Below, piece after piece: positions 19,475-29,436 of a DNA stretch of 58,815 nt (positions within the stretch are counted from its first letter, which is position 1; each line of letters begins with the position of its first letter). The stretch spans positions 1 to 58,815 of the forward strand of contig OMQO01000001.1 of NCBI GenBank assembly GCA_900313275.1, in the 5' to 3' direction. Below the pieces are notes generated by a model. The model saw only the letters and a program-made list of their open reading frames with translations, was not told the origin of the DNA and did no database searches. The position numbers were made by a program, and so were the translations under genes. Source of the DNA: an uncultured Bacteroidales bacterium (GTDB lineage: Bacteria > Bacteroidota > Bacteroidia > Bacteroidales > UBA932).

Positions 19475-19521
19475 AAAAGTGTAAAGGACTTTACAAAAAC
19501 TGTAAAGTCCTTTACACTTTT
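19475..19521. promoter_or_regulatory. Twin TGTAAA-N4-TTTACA sites forming a perfect 21-bp inverted repeat (enhancer/UAS; possibly also the metX terminator)
   Basis: AAAAGTGTAAAGGACTTTACA-aaaac-TGTAAAGTCCTTTACACTTTT. The sites at 19480-19495 and 19501-19516 are 21 bp apart. Confidence 0.65.
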
Positions 19522-19522
19522 G

Positions 19523-19552
19523 GCCGGTGGTTCGACGGGCTCACCAACCGGC
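19523..19552. repeat. TGAGC-Nn-GTCGAA hairpin repeat, intergenic copy
   Basis: Minus strand GCCGGTTGG-TGAGC-CC-GTCGAA-CCACCGGC. A partial second copy (tcaccaaccgg) lies at 19561-19571. Confidence 0.7.
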
Positions 19553-19575
19553 ATTGGTGTTCACCAACCGGAGTA

Positions 19576-20586
19576 CTAACTGTCTAAGATAGGAGAGATG
19601 ATCTCTGTGAGCAGGTCATTTTCGAGAAGGAAGCCGTCGTGGCCGAATTTGGAGGTGATCCCGATGCGCCTGACACCGGGAATCATCGGCGCCCAAACAG
19701 AACTTTCCGCAGGAGGAAATATCCCATCAGTGTCGATGGAAATGACTGTGGTGTTGGCGGTTATCCTCCCGAGAGCCGCCTCGACTCCACCTCGCCCACG
19801 GCCGACATTATGGCTGTCCATGGCGTTGGCTATATACCAATAGGAATAAGCGTCGAAATTCCTGTTGACGAGCTTGTCGCCTTGATGGCGTTCGTAAGAG
19901 GCCGCCCTACCAGCGAAAAGGCAGTCGGGATCCGGCTCGCTCTGACGGATTTCGAAACCTTCGAAGCAGCGGTAGGAGATTAAGGCCTGGGCTCTCGCGC
20001 ACCTAAGCCCGTTCGCGCCTCCAGATAGATCCTTGGCCTGGCGGAAAGTCTGGTCGGCCTCCAGGGCCATCCTTTGAGCTTCCATCCAAGCGGTCATCCA
20101 CGGTGATATTCTCGGAGCGGTGGCGATGAACAGAGCGTTCTTGAACAGATCCGGCTCATCGACAGCCCACTCGATGGCCTGGAAGCCTCCGATCGAACTG
20201 CCTATCAGAAGGTCTATGCTCTTTATTCCCAGATGCTTCCGTACTATTTGCGAGGCTCGTGTCATGTCCCTCATCGTCAGTTTCGGAAAGTCCAGCATGA
20301 AAGGTTTTCCGGTCGCGGGATTAATTGACGCCGGCCCTGTGCTCCCATAAGGCGATCCGGGAATATTGGCGCAGATGACGAAATGCTTGTCGGTGTCGAT
20401 CGCTTTCCCGGGGCCGACCATTCCTGGCCACCAATCCTCCGGGTCGCTATTGGCTGTCAAAGCATGGCAGATCCACACGACCTTACCGTCTTTGGCCCCG
20501 GAGGTGTGATAGACGATCTCGAGAGGCTCTAATGAGCCTCCTGCCTCGAGGTCGAACCGGTCGATTATAAGGGATTGGCGTTTCAT
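19576..20586 (-). CDS. metX: Homoserine O-acetyltransferase
   Basis: ICHALTANS, GSPYGSTGP, GSSIGG nucleophile motif and FGHDGFLLE. Confidence 0.93.
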   Translation of the reverse strand: MKRQSLIIDRFDLEAGGSLEPLEIVYHTSGAKDGKVVWICHALTANSDPEDWWPGMVGPGKAIDTDKHFVICANIPGSPYGSTGPASINPATGKPFMLDFPKLTMRDMTRASQIVRKHLGIKSIDLLIGSSIGGFQAIEWAVDEPDLFKNALFIATAPRISPWMTAWMEAQRMALEADQTFRQAKDLSGGANGLRCARAQALISYRCFEGFEIRQSEPDPDCLFAGRAASYERHQGDKLVNRNFDAYSYWYIANAMDSHNVGRGRGGVEAALGRITANTTVISIDTDGIFPPAESSVWAPMIPGVRRIGITSKFGHDGFLLENDLLTEIISPILDS

Positions 20587-21878
20587 GCGTGGGCTGCGGC
20601 AAGAGCTTGCTCGATGTCGTAGATGATGTCTTCGGGATCCTCCAGGCCAATGCTTAACCGCATAAGGTCAGGTGCGATTCCAGCCGCGCGGAGCTGCTCG
20701 TCAGTCAATTGGCGATGGGTGTGAGACGCCGGGTGCAGGATGCAGGAGTGGCAGTCAGCCACATGTGTCTCGATGGTGATGAGTCTTAACGCGTCCATGA
20801 ACCGGTTGTCGAAATCCCTGCCGCCCTTCAGGCCGAGGCACATAACCCCGCTGAAGGCAGACATATATTTCTTTGCCAGTTCGTGGTGAGGGTCGTTCTT
20901 CAATCCGGGATATTTGACCCAGGCCACATCCGGATGATTCTCAAGATATTCCGCGACCTTAAGGGCACTCTCGCTATGGCGGGCGACGCGCACATGCAGG
21001 CTCTGGAGTCCCAAGTGGAGATAAAATGCGTTCTGGGGGCTCTGGATGGAGCCGAGGTCCCTCATCAGCTGGCTCGTGGCCTTGGTGATGTAGGCCATCT
21101 TGCCGAAGGCCTTGGTGTATATCAATCCATGGTAGGAAGGGTCTGGGGCGCATAATCCCGGGTACTTGTCGGCGTGGGCCTCCCAGTCGAAATTACCGCT
21201 GTCCACAACTACACCTCCTACCGCGACTCCGTGCCCGTCCATGTATTTGGTGGTGGAGTGTGTGACGATGTCCGCGCCATGTTCGATGGGGCGGCATAAA
21301 ATAGGGGTGGGGAAGGTGTTATCCACGATAAATGGAACCCCATGACTATGCGCTATCCTAGCAAACTTCTCAAGGTCAAGCATTTCCACTCCAGGATTGG
21401 AGAGAGTCTCCCCGAAAAGGAGCTTGGTCTCCGTCCTGAATGCGGCGGAGATTTCCTCCTCTGGAGCGTCGGGGGAAACAAAAGTCACCTCGATTCCCAT
21501 TTTCGGGAGAGTGGTACCGAGCAGGTTGAAAGTCCCGCCGTAGATGTTGCCGGCGCTGACAATGTGATCACCGGCAGAGCAAATATTCAGGCATGCGAAT
21601 AGATTGGCTGCCTGGCCGGAGGATGTCAGCATCGCCGCCACTCCGCCTTCAAGAGCCGCTATCTGAGCGGCGACCATGTCGTTGGTCGGGTTTTGAAGAC
21701 GGGTGTAGAAATAGCCGCTGTCCTCTAGGTCGAAGAGACGGCCCATCTGATCCGAGGTCTCGTATTTGAAAGTGGTGCTCTGGATTATAGGGATTTGTCT
21801 TGGCTCTCCTTTCCCTGGTTTGTAGCCGGCATGGACGCACAAAGTTCCGATTCCGGGGGTTCTTTTTTCTTTCGCCAT
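20583..21878 (-). CDS. metY: O-acetylhomoserine aminocarboxypropyltransferase (sulfhydrylase)
   Basis: YTRLQNPT, SSGQAA, VDNTF, HSTTKYMDGHG, HPASHTHRQL and RLSIGLE. 4-bp overlap with metX. Start set at MAKEK. Confidence 0.93.
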   Translation of the reverse strand: MAKEKRTPGIGTLCVHAGYKPGKGEPRQIPIIQSTTFKYETSDQMGRLFDLEDSGYFYTRLQNPTNDMVAAQIAALEGGVAAMLTSSGQAANLFACLNICSAGDHIVSAGNIYGGTFNLLGTTLPKMGIEVTFVSPDAPEEEISAAFRTETKLLFGETLSNPGVEMLDLEKFARIAHSHGVPFIVDNTFPTPILCRPIEHGADIVTHSTTKYMDGHGVAVGGVVVDSGNFDWEAHADKYPGLCAPDPSYHGLIYTKAFGKMAYITKATSQLMRDLGSIQSPQNAFYLHLGLQSLHVRVARHSESALKVAEYLENHPDVAWVKYPGLKNDPHHELAKKYMSAFSGVMCLGLKGGRDFDNRFMDALRLITIETHVADCHSCILHPASHTHRQLTDEQLRAAGIAPDLMRLSIGLEDPEDIIYDIEQALAAAHA

Positions 21879-21902
21879 ATTCTTGATCTTCACAATTAGC
21901 CG

Positions 21903-21932
21903 CAAAGTTAAAAAAAATTACAGCGAGGCAAA
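21903..21932 (-). promoter_or_regulatory. Bacteroidetes sigma70-type promoter for metY-metX
   Basis: TTTG-N18-TAACTTTG on the minus strand, about 25 nt before the ATG. Confidence 0.6.
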
Positions 21933-22092
21933 ATTGGGATGTGATTAAATAATAAAGTTATACAATAGTCCCTTTTGGCAATGATTTTGGCCTTTTTGCT
22001 TGCAATCCTGCGCTTTATTTCTTATTATTACGCAAAATGATAATAAGTTCAATAATTACATAACACATTTTTATTCTCTAAAGTTCTTTTTT

Positions 22093-25000
22093 ATGCAAAC
22101 AAAATCCGCTTTTGCATGGAGGATGTTGCTGATGGTTTTGTTCTTGGGAATCAGTACTTCGCTGTTCGCCCAAAGGACAATCCGTGGTACCGTCAAGGAT
22201 AGTAATGGCGAGCCGGTCATCGGTGCCAGTATCATGCTTGTAGAAGATGCCACCAAGGGAGCTATTGCAGACGAGAACGGTAATTTTACCCTGACCGTCG
22301 CAACAGGCAACTCCATCCGTGTGTCGTCGATCGGTTTCACCACAAAAGAAATCAAGATCGGAAACCAAGAAGTTTACAACATTGTCCTGGACACAGACAT
22401 CAACCTTCTGGACAATGCTGTGGCTATCGGTTATGGTACAGCCCGAAAGGGAGACCTGACCGGATCCATCTCAAGCGTCCGAGGAGAGACAGTCTCAGAA
22501 CGATCTCAGGATCAGCTCTCTACGGCCCTTCAGGGAATGATCGCAGGATTGCAGGTCACCCGTTCCTCCGGTGAACCTGGCGCGACAGGAACAATCCGCA
22601 TCCACGGTGTCACGACCATGTCGGAGAACAGCCCTCTTGTCATTGTCGACGGAGTTCCCGGTTCCCTCGACGATGTTGTGGCAGAGGATGTACAGGACAT
22701 CGCGATCCTCAAGGATGCCGCATCGGCCTCTATCTACGGATCCAGGGCCGCCGCGGGTGTCATCCTGATCACGACCAAACGCGCCCAGGAGAACAAATTC
22801 TCTGTGGACTATAACTTTTTCTACGCCATTGACAAGCCCACGGCCCGTCCTGAGCTTACCAATGCGGTGGATTGGATGAGGATCGTGGACGACCTGAAGT
22901 ACAACGACGGTGCCTCCAGCCCGTTCTCTGAGTACACCGAGGATTACATTAACTCCTATGCCTCCCAAAACGCCAAGGATCCTTTCCATTATCCTGACAC
23001 TGATTGGACAAAGGTTCTTCTCAAGAACACGACCTCCCACCAGAGGCACAATATGAGCATCACTGGTGGCCGCGAGAACTTGAGGACCAAGTTCACATTC
23101 AACTACAATAAGGGCGAGGGCTATTACAAGTTCAGGGGATATGAGCGTTATTCCGGTCGTGTCAACAATGACTGGCAGATCACCAAGTGGCTGAAAGCCA
23201 ATGTCGACCTGGATTTCATGTTGAGCGAGTCCATCGCCCCCGCGAATAACAGTTACATGAACTGGGCTTACATCTTGGCTCCTATTTATGGTCCTTATTG
23301 GTCAGACGGAAGATATGCTGATGTCAAGGACGGCGCGAACGCTCTGGCGAGTTTGAACGAGGGCGGTATCAGCACTGGAAATCGCTACCGGATGGGTGGT
23401 AAGATCCAGTTTGACATCACTCCATTCAAGGATCTGAAAATCACGACCATCTTCTCTCCCCGTTTCTCATTCACTAAGAACAAGAGATTCTCCAAAGCTG
23501 TCTATGTAGAGAAAGAGGATGGTACACGTCTGCTTAGCGAGCTCAGCCGCTCGACGGACCTTACCGAGACCAGGAATGACAACCAGGCCTTTACCTATCA
23601 GGCTTATGCCAACTACACCAAGAGGTTCGGTTCCCATTCCATCAACGTCATGGCCGGTTATGAGGGCTTCAAGTATGAATGGGAGAACCTTGGAGCCAGC
23701 AGAACCAAGTATGCCCTCGATAACTACCCCTACCTCAACATCGGTCCCGAGGACTATCAGTTCAACAACGGTTCCGCTGGGCACAACGCTTACCAGTCTG
23801 TCTTCGGCCGTCTGATGTATTCATTCAAGAATAAGTACATGCTGCAGGCCAACTTCCGCGCTGATGGTTCCTCAAGGTTCGCGAAGGAGAACCGCTGGGG
23901 TTACTTCCCTTCAGTCTCAGCGGGTTGGGTTATCTCCGAGGAGCCTTGGTTCAAGAACAATGTGGTTTCTTACATGAAGCTGCGCGGCTCTTGGGGTCAG
24001 CTTGGTAACGAGCGTATCGGATCCGAGTTCCCTTATCAGGCCGCTATCAGTTTCGGCAACAGCTACATGATGAACAAAGACGGTAGCGTGACCGCCCTGC
24101 AGAACGCCGCCCAGGTTTACTACGCTTTCCGCGATATCACTTGGGAGACAACGACTTCCACAGGTGTCGGTATGGATGTGAACTTCTTTGACGGACGTCT
24201 TCGCTTCACAGGCGACTACTACCACAAGAAGACGGAGAACATGCTCCTCACCCTCGGATTCCCTTCATATGCGGGTTATTCCGCACCTTCCCAGAATGCC
24301 GGTGACATGTTCACCAACGGTTGGGACATCGAGCTTGGCTGGAGCGACCGCGTGGGCGACTTCTCCTACAGCATCTCCGCCAACCTTTCCGATTACCGCT
24401 CAAAGATGGGTTATGTCGGTGACAAGAGAACCATCAACGGTAACAACATCATCGAGGAAGGTTCTTATTACAACGAGTGGTTCATCTACAAGACCGACGG
24501 CCTGATCCAGAGTCAGGAAGAGCTCGCCCCCGGCGGAAAGCGCATCCCGACATATTCCGGAAACGACAAGCCCGGTGACATCAAGTACGTCGATGTTGAC
24601 GGCAACGGACTCATCAACGGTGATGACCGTGTCAAGATGGGCAACTCCCTTCCTGAATATCTCTATGGTGGAAACGTTTTCCTCGGCTGGAAGAACTTGG
24701 ATTTCAACATGTCCTTCCAGGGAATAGGCCATCAGAGCAAGCTGTTCCAGTACTACTGGATCCAGCCTTACAAGAACCAGTGGGGTTCCGCTCCTCAGAT
24801 TCTTGTCGGGAACTACTGGAGGATCGGCGATGATGAGGCCAACAAGAATGCCAAGTATCCTAGGGTCACCTACACCAACACCGGCAGCCAGAGCGCGGGC
24901 TCTGATTTCTGGATGTTCAACGGCGGTTATTTCCGTGTGAAGAATGTCACTCTCGGTTACACTCTTCCCAAACAAATCATGGACAAGACTTTCATCAAGA

Positions 25001-25134
25001 GCTTGAGAGTCTATGCCAATGTCACGGATCTTCCCGCTATCAGCAATTACCCTAAGGGTTGGGATCCTGAAGTCGGCAACACCAGCGATTTCATCTCGAC
25101 CTCATTCATTTTCGGTGTAAATGTCAAATTCTAA
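22093..25134 (+). CDS. SusC/RagA TonB-dependent receptor
   Basis: Plug motif LKDAASASIYGSRAAAGVILITTK, DGSSRF..RWGYFPSVSAGW and C-terminal Phe. Start at MQTKS. Confidence 0.95.
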   Translation: MQTKSAFAWRMLLMVLFLGISTSLFAQRTIRGTVKDSNGEPVIGASIMLVEDATKGAIADENGNFTLTVATGNSIRVSSIGFTTKEIKIGNQEVYNIVLDTDINLLDNAVAIGYGTARKGDLTGSISSVRGETVSERSQDQLSTALQGMIAGLQVTRSSGEPGATGTIRIHGVTTMSENSPLVIVDGVPGSLDDVVAEDVQDIAILKDAASASIYGSRAAAGVILITTKRAQENKFSVDYNFFYAIDKPTARPELTNAVDWMRIVDDLKYNDGASSPFSEYTEDYINSYASQNAKDPFHYPDTDWTKVLLKNTTSHQRHNMSITGGRENLRTKFTFNYNKGEGYYKFRGYERYSGRVNNDWQITKWLKANVDLDFMLSESIAPANNSYMNWAYILAPIYGPYWSDGRYADVKDGANALASLNEGGISTGNRYRMGGKIQFDITPFKDLKITTIFSPRFSFTKNKRFSKAVYVEKEDGTRLLSELSRSTDLTETRNDNQAFTYQAYANYTKRFGSHSINVMAGYEGFKYEWENLGASRTKYALDNYPYLNIGPEDYQFNNGSAGHNAYQSVFGRLMYSFKNKYMLQANFRADGSSRFAKENRWGYFPSVSAGWVISEEPWFKNNVVSYMKLRGSWGQLGNERIGSEFPYQAAISFGNSYMMNKDGSVTALQNAAQVYYAFRDITWETTTSTGVGMDVNFFDGRLRFTGDYYHKKTENMLLTLGFPSYAGYSAPSQNAGDMFTNGWDIELGWSDRVGDFSYSISANLSDYRSKMGYVGDKRTINGNNIIEEGSYYNEWFIYKTDGLIQSQEELAPGGKRIPTYSGNDKPGDIKYVDVDGNGLINGDDRVKMGNSLPEYLYGGNVFLGWKNLDFNMSFQGIGHQSKLFQYYWIQPYKNQWGSAPQILVGNYWRIGDDEANKNAKYPRVTYTNTGSQSAGSDFWMFNGGYFRVKNVTLGYTLPKQIMDKTFIKSLRVYANVTDLPAISNYPKGWDPEVGNTSDFISTSFIFGVNVKF

Positions 25135-25147
25135 AGGAGGCGCAATC

Positions 25148-26947
25148 ATGAAAAAGATAATAACTATCGCTATATCAATAGCTTCGGCGCTGTTGCTCTC
25201 CTCCTGCGTCGATCTCAACCTCAACCCGCTGTCTGAGGGATCCAGCGAAAACTGGTATTCCTCCCAGTCGGAGATCGAGATGAGTCTCAACGACCTGTAC
25301 AGGACCGCGTTCTTCCCGATTGACGGTACCGACTGGGCAGATGATGTCACATATCGAAGCAATACCCAGTTCACCTTCAACGGGACCTTGACCGCCGAGA
25401 ACAGCTCAATCGCCACCTATTGGCAGAACTACTACAAGGGCATCGCCCGTTCCCTTCGTATCATCAACAACTTGGATGCGAAAGGCAGTGATCTCGGAAT
25501 CAACGCCAAAACTCTCGACCAATATAAGGGCGAGGCTTATTTCTACATCGGCTACGCCTATGGAATGTTGGCTTTCCGTTGGGGTGATGTCATCCTCGAC
25601 AAGACCGGCATGACTCTCGAAGAGGCTTACTCAGCATCACGTTCTCCGAAGAGCGAGGTTCTCGCTTTCGCATACGAGTGCCTTGACAAGGCCGCCGCTT
25701 CACTTCCTGAAGGCTACGCCGGAGTACAAAGGGCTACCAAGGGCATGGCCTATGCCTACAAGGCTCGTATAGCCATCTACAACGGAGATTACGCTACCGC
25801 CGCTACGGCAGCCAAGGCTTGCATGGATCTTGGTGTCTATTCGCTTCACAGCAACTACCAGGAGCTGTTCACCGCTACAACTTCCCCGGAATGGATATTC
25901 GTGTTCAAGGGTGACTATTCCTTGAAGATATATTACTGGTTCGACAATGACATCCAGAACTTCTTGACCCGTCTGGCTGGTGGCTGGGGTGCCAGAAACC
26001 CTGGACTTGAGCTTGTCTGCGCATATCCTTGCATCGATGGTCTGCCCATCGACGAGTCCCCTCTGTACAATCCCAAGGCCATATTCGACAACCGCGACCC
26101 CCGTATGGCGATGACCATCGTGCCTTTCGCCCAGCCCGAGTCTGAGTGTGTTAAGAACGGAACGTACAAGCCTGAGGACTATGCTTTCTTCGGTTTTGAG
26201 CATTCTCCTTCTCCTTTGGCCAACAAGGTTGTCAAGATATCGACCGGAGCCCTTGTCAACAACACTGACTCGAAGGCCTGCGCTCTTCACGCTGCCTATA
26301 ACGGTTTCGTATTCAAGAAGTTCTCCAATCCTGCAACATGGATCGCGGTCAACAGCTGGAAGGGTGTCAACGCCTATCAGGACATGCGCTACGGTGATGT
26401 TCTCCTGATGTACGCCGAGGCCATGAACGAGCAAGGCAAGTGTGACCAGGCTGTGCTTGACGCCACGATCAACAAGCTTCGTGAGCGCGCTTACAAGGGA
26501 ACAGGTCTGACCTATCCCAAGGTGCTCGCAGGAGACCAGAGCAAGCTTCGCACTATCATCCGTACCGAGCGCTTTATCGAGATGGCCGCTGAAGGCCACA
26601 GATATGAGGATCTGATTCGCTGGAGAATCGCCGAAGTGGTGTTCAACCGTCCTATCTTCTATCTTGAGAGGACTTGGTCCGGTAACGCCAGCTGGGATGG
26701 TAATCTCGCAAGCACACCTCCTGAGTATCAGAAACTTGCCCAGAACTGGCTTGACGGTAACTATCCTATCGGTGGTGTTCCGGATATTGACGAGAATGGT
26801 ATCGCGGATGTCCGCTACATGGCCGAGAAGGGTTATGTGGTTCAGGCTACCACACGTCAGTTCGATCCGAAGCGCGACTACCTCTGGCCGATTCCCGCGG
26901 CGGATCGTCTCATCAATGAGAATCTGACCCAGAATCCTGGATATTAG
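25148..26947 (+). CDS. SusD/RagB lipoprotein
   Basis: Lipobox LLSSC, RYGDVLLMYAEA, ERFIEMAAEGHRYEDLIRW and LTQNPGY. Confidence 0.95.
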   Translation: MKKIITIAISIASALLLSSCVDLNLNPLSEGSSENWYSSQSEIEMSLNDLYRTAFFPIDGTDWADDVTYRSNTQFTFNGTLTAENSSIATYWQNYYKGIARSLRIINNLDAKGSDLGINAKTLDQYKGEAYFYIGYAYGMLAFRWGDVILDKTGMTLEEAYSASRSPKSEVLAFAYECLDKAAASLPEGYAGVQRATKGMAYAYKARIAIYNGDYATAATAAKACMDLGVYSLHSNYQELFTATTSPEWIFVFKGDYSLKIYYWFDNDIQNFLTRLAGGWGARNPGLELVCAYPCIDGLPIDESPLYNPKAIFDNRDPRMAMTIVPFAQPESECVKNGTYKPEDYAFFGFEHSPSPLANKVVKISTGALVNNTDSKACALHAAYNGFVFKKFSNPATWIAVNSWKGVNAYQDMRYGDVLLMYAEAMNEQGKCDQAVLDATINKLRERAYKGTGLTYPKVLAGDQSKLRTIIRTERFIEMAAEGHRYEDLIRWRIAEVVFNRPIFYLERTWSGNASWDGNLASTPPEYQKLAQNWLDGNYPIGGVPDIDENGIADVRYMAEKGYVVQATTRQFDPKRDYLWPIPAADRLINENLTQNPGY

Positions 26948-26951
26948 TGTC

Positions 26952-29426
26952 ATGCGTAGCTTTCTAAGAATATTTATGGTAGCGGCGGCTCTTGTGGCCG
27001 CCGCCGCTTGCTCGACCAAGGCTCCGTCCGCTATTGATGAGACCGGGCATAAGAACTTTGGTGGCATCTATCCGCATCTCGCATATTATAATTCCCAGCG
27101 AGAGTGTGGTACGGGAGCCGTGGTGCCTTGGCAAGGAGACCTCTGGGTCGTCACGTACGGTCCTCATGAGCCTTACGGTTCCGATGACAAACTTTACCAG
27201 ATCACTCCCGGGTTGGATGAGATAGTCCGTCCTGAGAGCATTGGCGGCACTCCTGCGGACAGGATGATCCATGACGCTTCAAATCAGTTGTTTATAGGCC
27301 CTTATGCCATTGATGCTGACAAGAACGTCAGGGTTCTTCCCTACGATAAGTTCCCTGGTCGTCCTACCGGCTTGGCCGCTCACCTCACTGATCCTGCCAA
27401 TCGTATTCTTTACGCTTCCATGGAAGCCGGCTTCTATGACATCGATGTCCATACTCTTGATGGTATCGAGCTCTACAAGGACGGCAACCAGAAGCGTAAG
27501 GAAGGCTTCACCGGAGATCTTTGCACGATGTTCCCCGGCTATCATGGCAAGGGCTTCTATTCAGGTCAAGGTGTCGCGGTTTATTCCAATAACGGAGAGG
27601 AAGGAGAGCTTGCGCAGAAGCAGTTCGACATACCTTCCGGAGCTCTTGTCGAGTGGGATGGCAAGGACTGGAAACTCGTCAGACGCAACCAGTTCACTGA
27701 GATTACCGGCCCCGGCGGAATCCATGGTAATCCATCACCGGCGACTGATCCCATCTGGGCGGTCGGCTGGGACTACCGTTCGGTTATTCTCGCGGTCAGG
27801 GAACCTGACAAAGGTTGGAGCTATTATCGTCTTCCTAAAGCCAGTCATGCCTACGACGGGGCTCATGGCTGGAATACCGAATGGCCAAGGATCCGGAATA
27901 TCGCCCCGGAAGGTGCTGATCCCGATTATCTTATGACCATGCACGGAATGTTCTGGCGTTTTCCTGGGACCTTCACGACCGCTAACTCCGCTGGAATCCG
28001 TCCAAGGGGAGCTTATCTGAAGGTGATCGGTGACTTCGCCGAATGGAACGGTCGTCTCGTGTTCGGATGCGACGATTCCGCGCAAAGCGAGTTCCTTAAC
28101 AAGCGTAAGCAGAAAGGACGCATAGGTGGGCCCGGGCAGTCAAACTCCAATGTTTGGTTCACCTCTTATGACAGGCCCGACCATGTGGGACCCACCACGG
28201 CTGGTGGTTCCGTTTGGCTCAAGGACGATGTCAAGGCAGGTGTGCCTTCCGATCCTTTCCTGATCCAGGGTTGGGACAACCGTTGCGCATGGATTTCCAA
28301 CCATTCGAGCGCTCCCGCCGACATCACCTTTGAGGTTGATAAGAAGGGTAACGGAGAGTGGACAATGGCTTACAGGACCGAGGTTGGCGCTGGAGAGTCG
28401 ATGTTCTTCCCGATCGAAGAGACTCTTGACGCCGTGTGGATCAGGGCCGTCAGCGCCACTGACATAAAGGCTGACCTGACTTTTGTCCTTGGCCAGAAAG
28501 AGACGCGCAGCACTGAGCCCGATCCGATATTCGCAGGTTTGGCTCCGGTCAATAAAGTCAATGATTCTCAGGGATTTCTCTATGGTCTTCCGGATCAGCG
28601 CAGGGCTCTCGGTGTCTTGGCTCAGACCTCAGAAGGAGAGAAATACTACGAAATCGACGGCGAAATGAACTTTGTCCAGAAGGACGATGCTGAGATGGCC
28701 GACTACATCCGTGACAAATTCGAGATCCCCGTCGATGTGGTCGATGTCCAGGAAGGGTCAATACTGATAGTTGACGCTAAGGACCGTCGTTGGAGGCTTC
28801 CTCTCGGAGATGACACCTATTCAGGGAAGATAAAGGAAGGTGCGCTTAGGATTTGCCGCGAGGTGGCCACCGAGCGCGACTTGCTTTCGCTCGCTGGCAC
28901 TTTTTATGAGCTTCCAGCTGAGAATGCCGACGGTTATGCCAAGGTGCGTCCCGTCGCTTCCCATAAGTTCGGTATCAATGATTACGCATCCTACAGGGGA
29001 ATGCTCGTGATGACCGGGATAGACCATTCCGCCGCCAAGGGCAATCCCCGAGTGGTGTTCTCTGAGGATGGCAAAGCCGCGATTTGGGCCGGTGCGGTCG
29101 ATGATTTATGGAAGCTAGGCAAACCTGTCGGCCACGGAGGTCCCTGGGTTGAATCTTCCGTAAAGGCCGGTGAATATTCAGACCCGTTCCTTATCGGTTT
29201 CTACGACAAGAGGGAGATGGCTTTGTCTCATAGTTCTTCCGGCGAGGTGACCTTCAGCGTTGAGGTGGATCCGACCGGTGATGGCCAGTGGTTCCATTAC
29301 GCTGACTTCAATGTCAAGCCGGGCGACACTTTGGAGCATCGCTTCCCGGATGCCTTCCAGGCCCGTTGGATCCGCCTTAAGGCAGATCAAGACACTAAGG
29401 CAACGGCCATGTTTGAATACAGATAA
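26952..29426 (+). CDS. Hypothetical lipoprotein (824 aa) with a duplicated beta-rich module
   Basis: Lipobox AAAAC. Internal repeat GGSVW..VKAGVPSDPFLIQGWD..FEVDKKGNGEW versus GGPW..VKAGEYSDPFLIGFYD..VEVDPTGDGQW. Confidence 0.85.
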   Translation: MRSFLRIFMVAAALVAAAACSTKAPSAIDETGHKNFGGIYPHLAYYNSQRECGTGAVVPWQGDLWVVTYGPHEPYGSDDKLYQITPGLDEIVRPESIGGTPADRMIHDASNQLFIGPYAIDADKNVRVLPYDKFPGRPTGLAAHLTDPANRILYASMEAGFYDIDVHTLDGIELYKDGNQKRKEGFTGDLCTMFPGYHGKGFYSGQGVAVYSNNGEEGELAQKQFDIPSGALVEWDGKDWKLVRRNQFTEITGPGGIHGNPSPATDPIWAVGWDYRSVILAVREPDKGWSYYRLPKASHAYDGAHGWNTEWPRIRNIAPEGADPDYLMTMHGMFWRFPGTFTTANSAGIRPRGAYLKVIGDFAEWNGRLVFGCDDSAQSEFLNKRKQKGRIGGPGQSNSNVWFTSYDRPDHVGPTTAGGSVWLKDDVKAGVPSDPFLIQGWDNRCAWISNHSSAPADITFEVDKKGNGEWTMAYRTEVGAGESMFFPIEETLDAVWIRAVSATDIKADLTFVLGQKETRSTEPDPIFAGLAPVNKVNDSQGFLYGLPDQRRALGVLAQTSEGEKYYEIDGEMNFVQKDDAEMADYIRDKFEIPVDVVDVQEGSILIVDAKDRRWRLPLGDDTYSGKIKEGALRICREVATERDLLSLAGTFYELPAENADGYAKVRPVASHKFGINDYASYRGMLVMTGIDHSAAKGNPRVVFSEDGKAAIWAGAVDDLWKLGKPVGHGGPWVESSVKAGEYSDPFLIGFYDKREMALSHSSSGEVTFSVEVDPTGDGQWFHYADFNVKPGDTLEHRFPDAFQARWIRLKADQDTKATAMFEYR

Positions 29427-29436
29427 TTCATTCAAA

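Noticed and set aside
21879-22092. SAM riboswitch upstream of metY
   Set aside because: The region is AT-rich, and the promoter box lies about 25 nt from the ATG, leaving no room.
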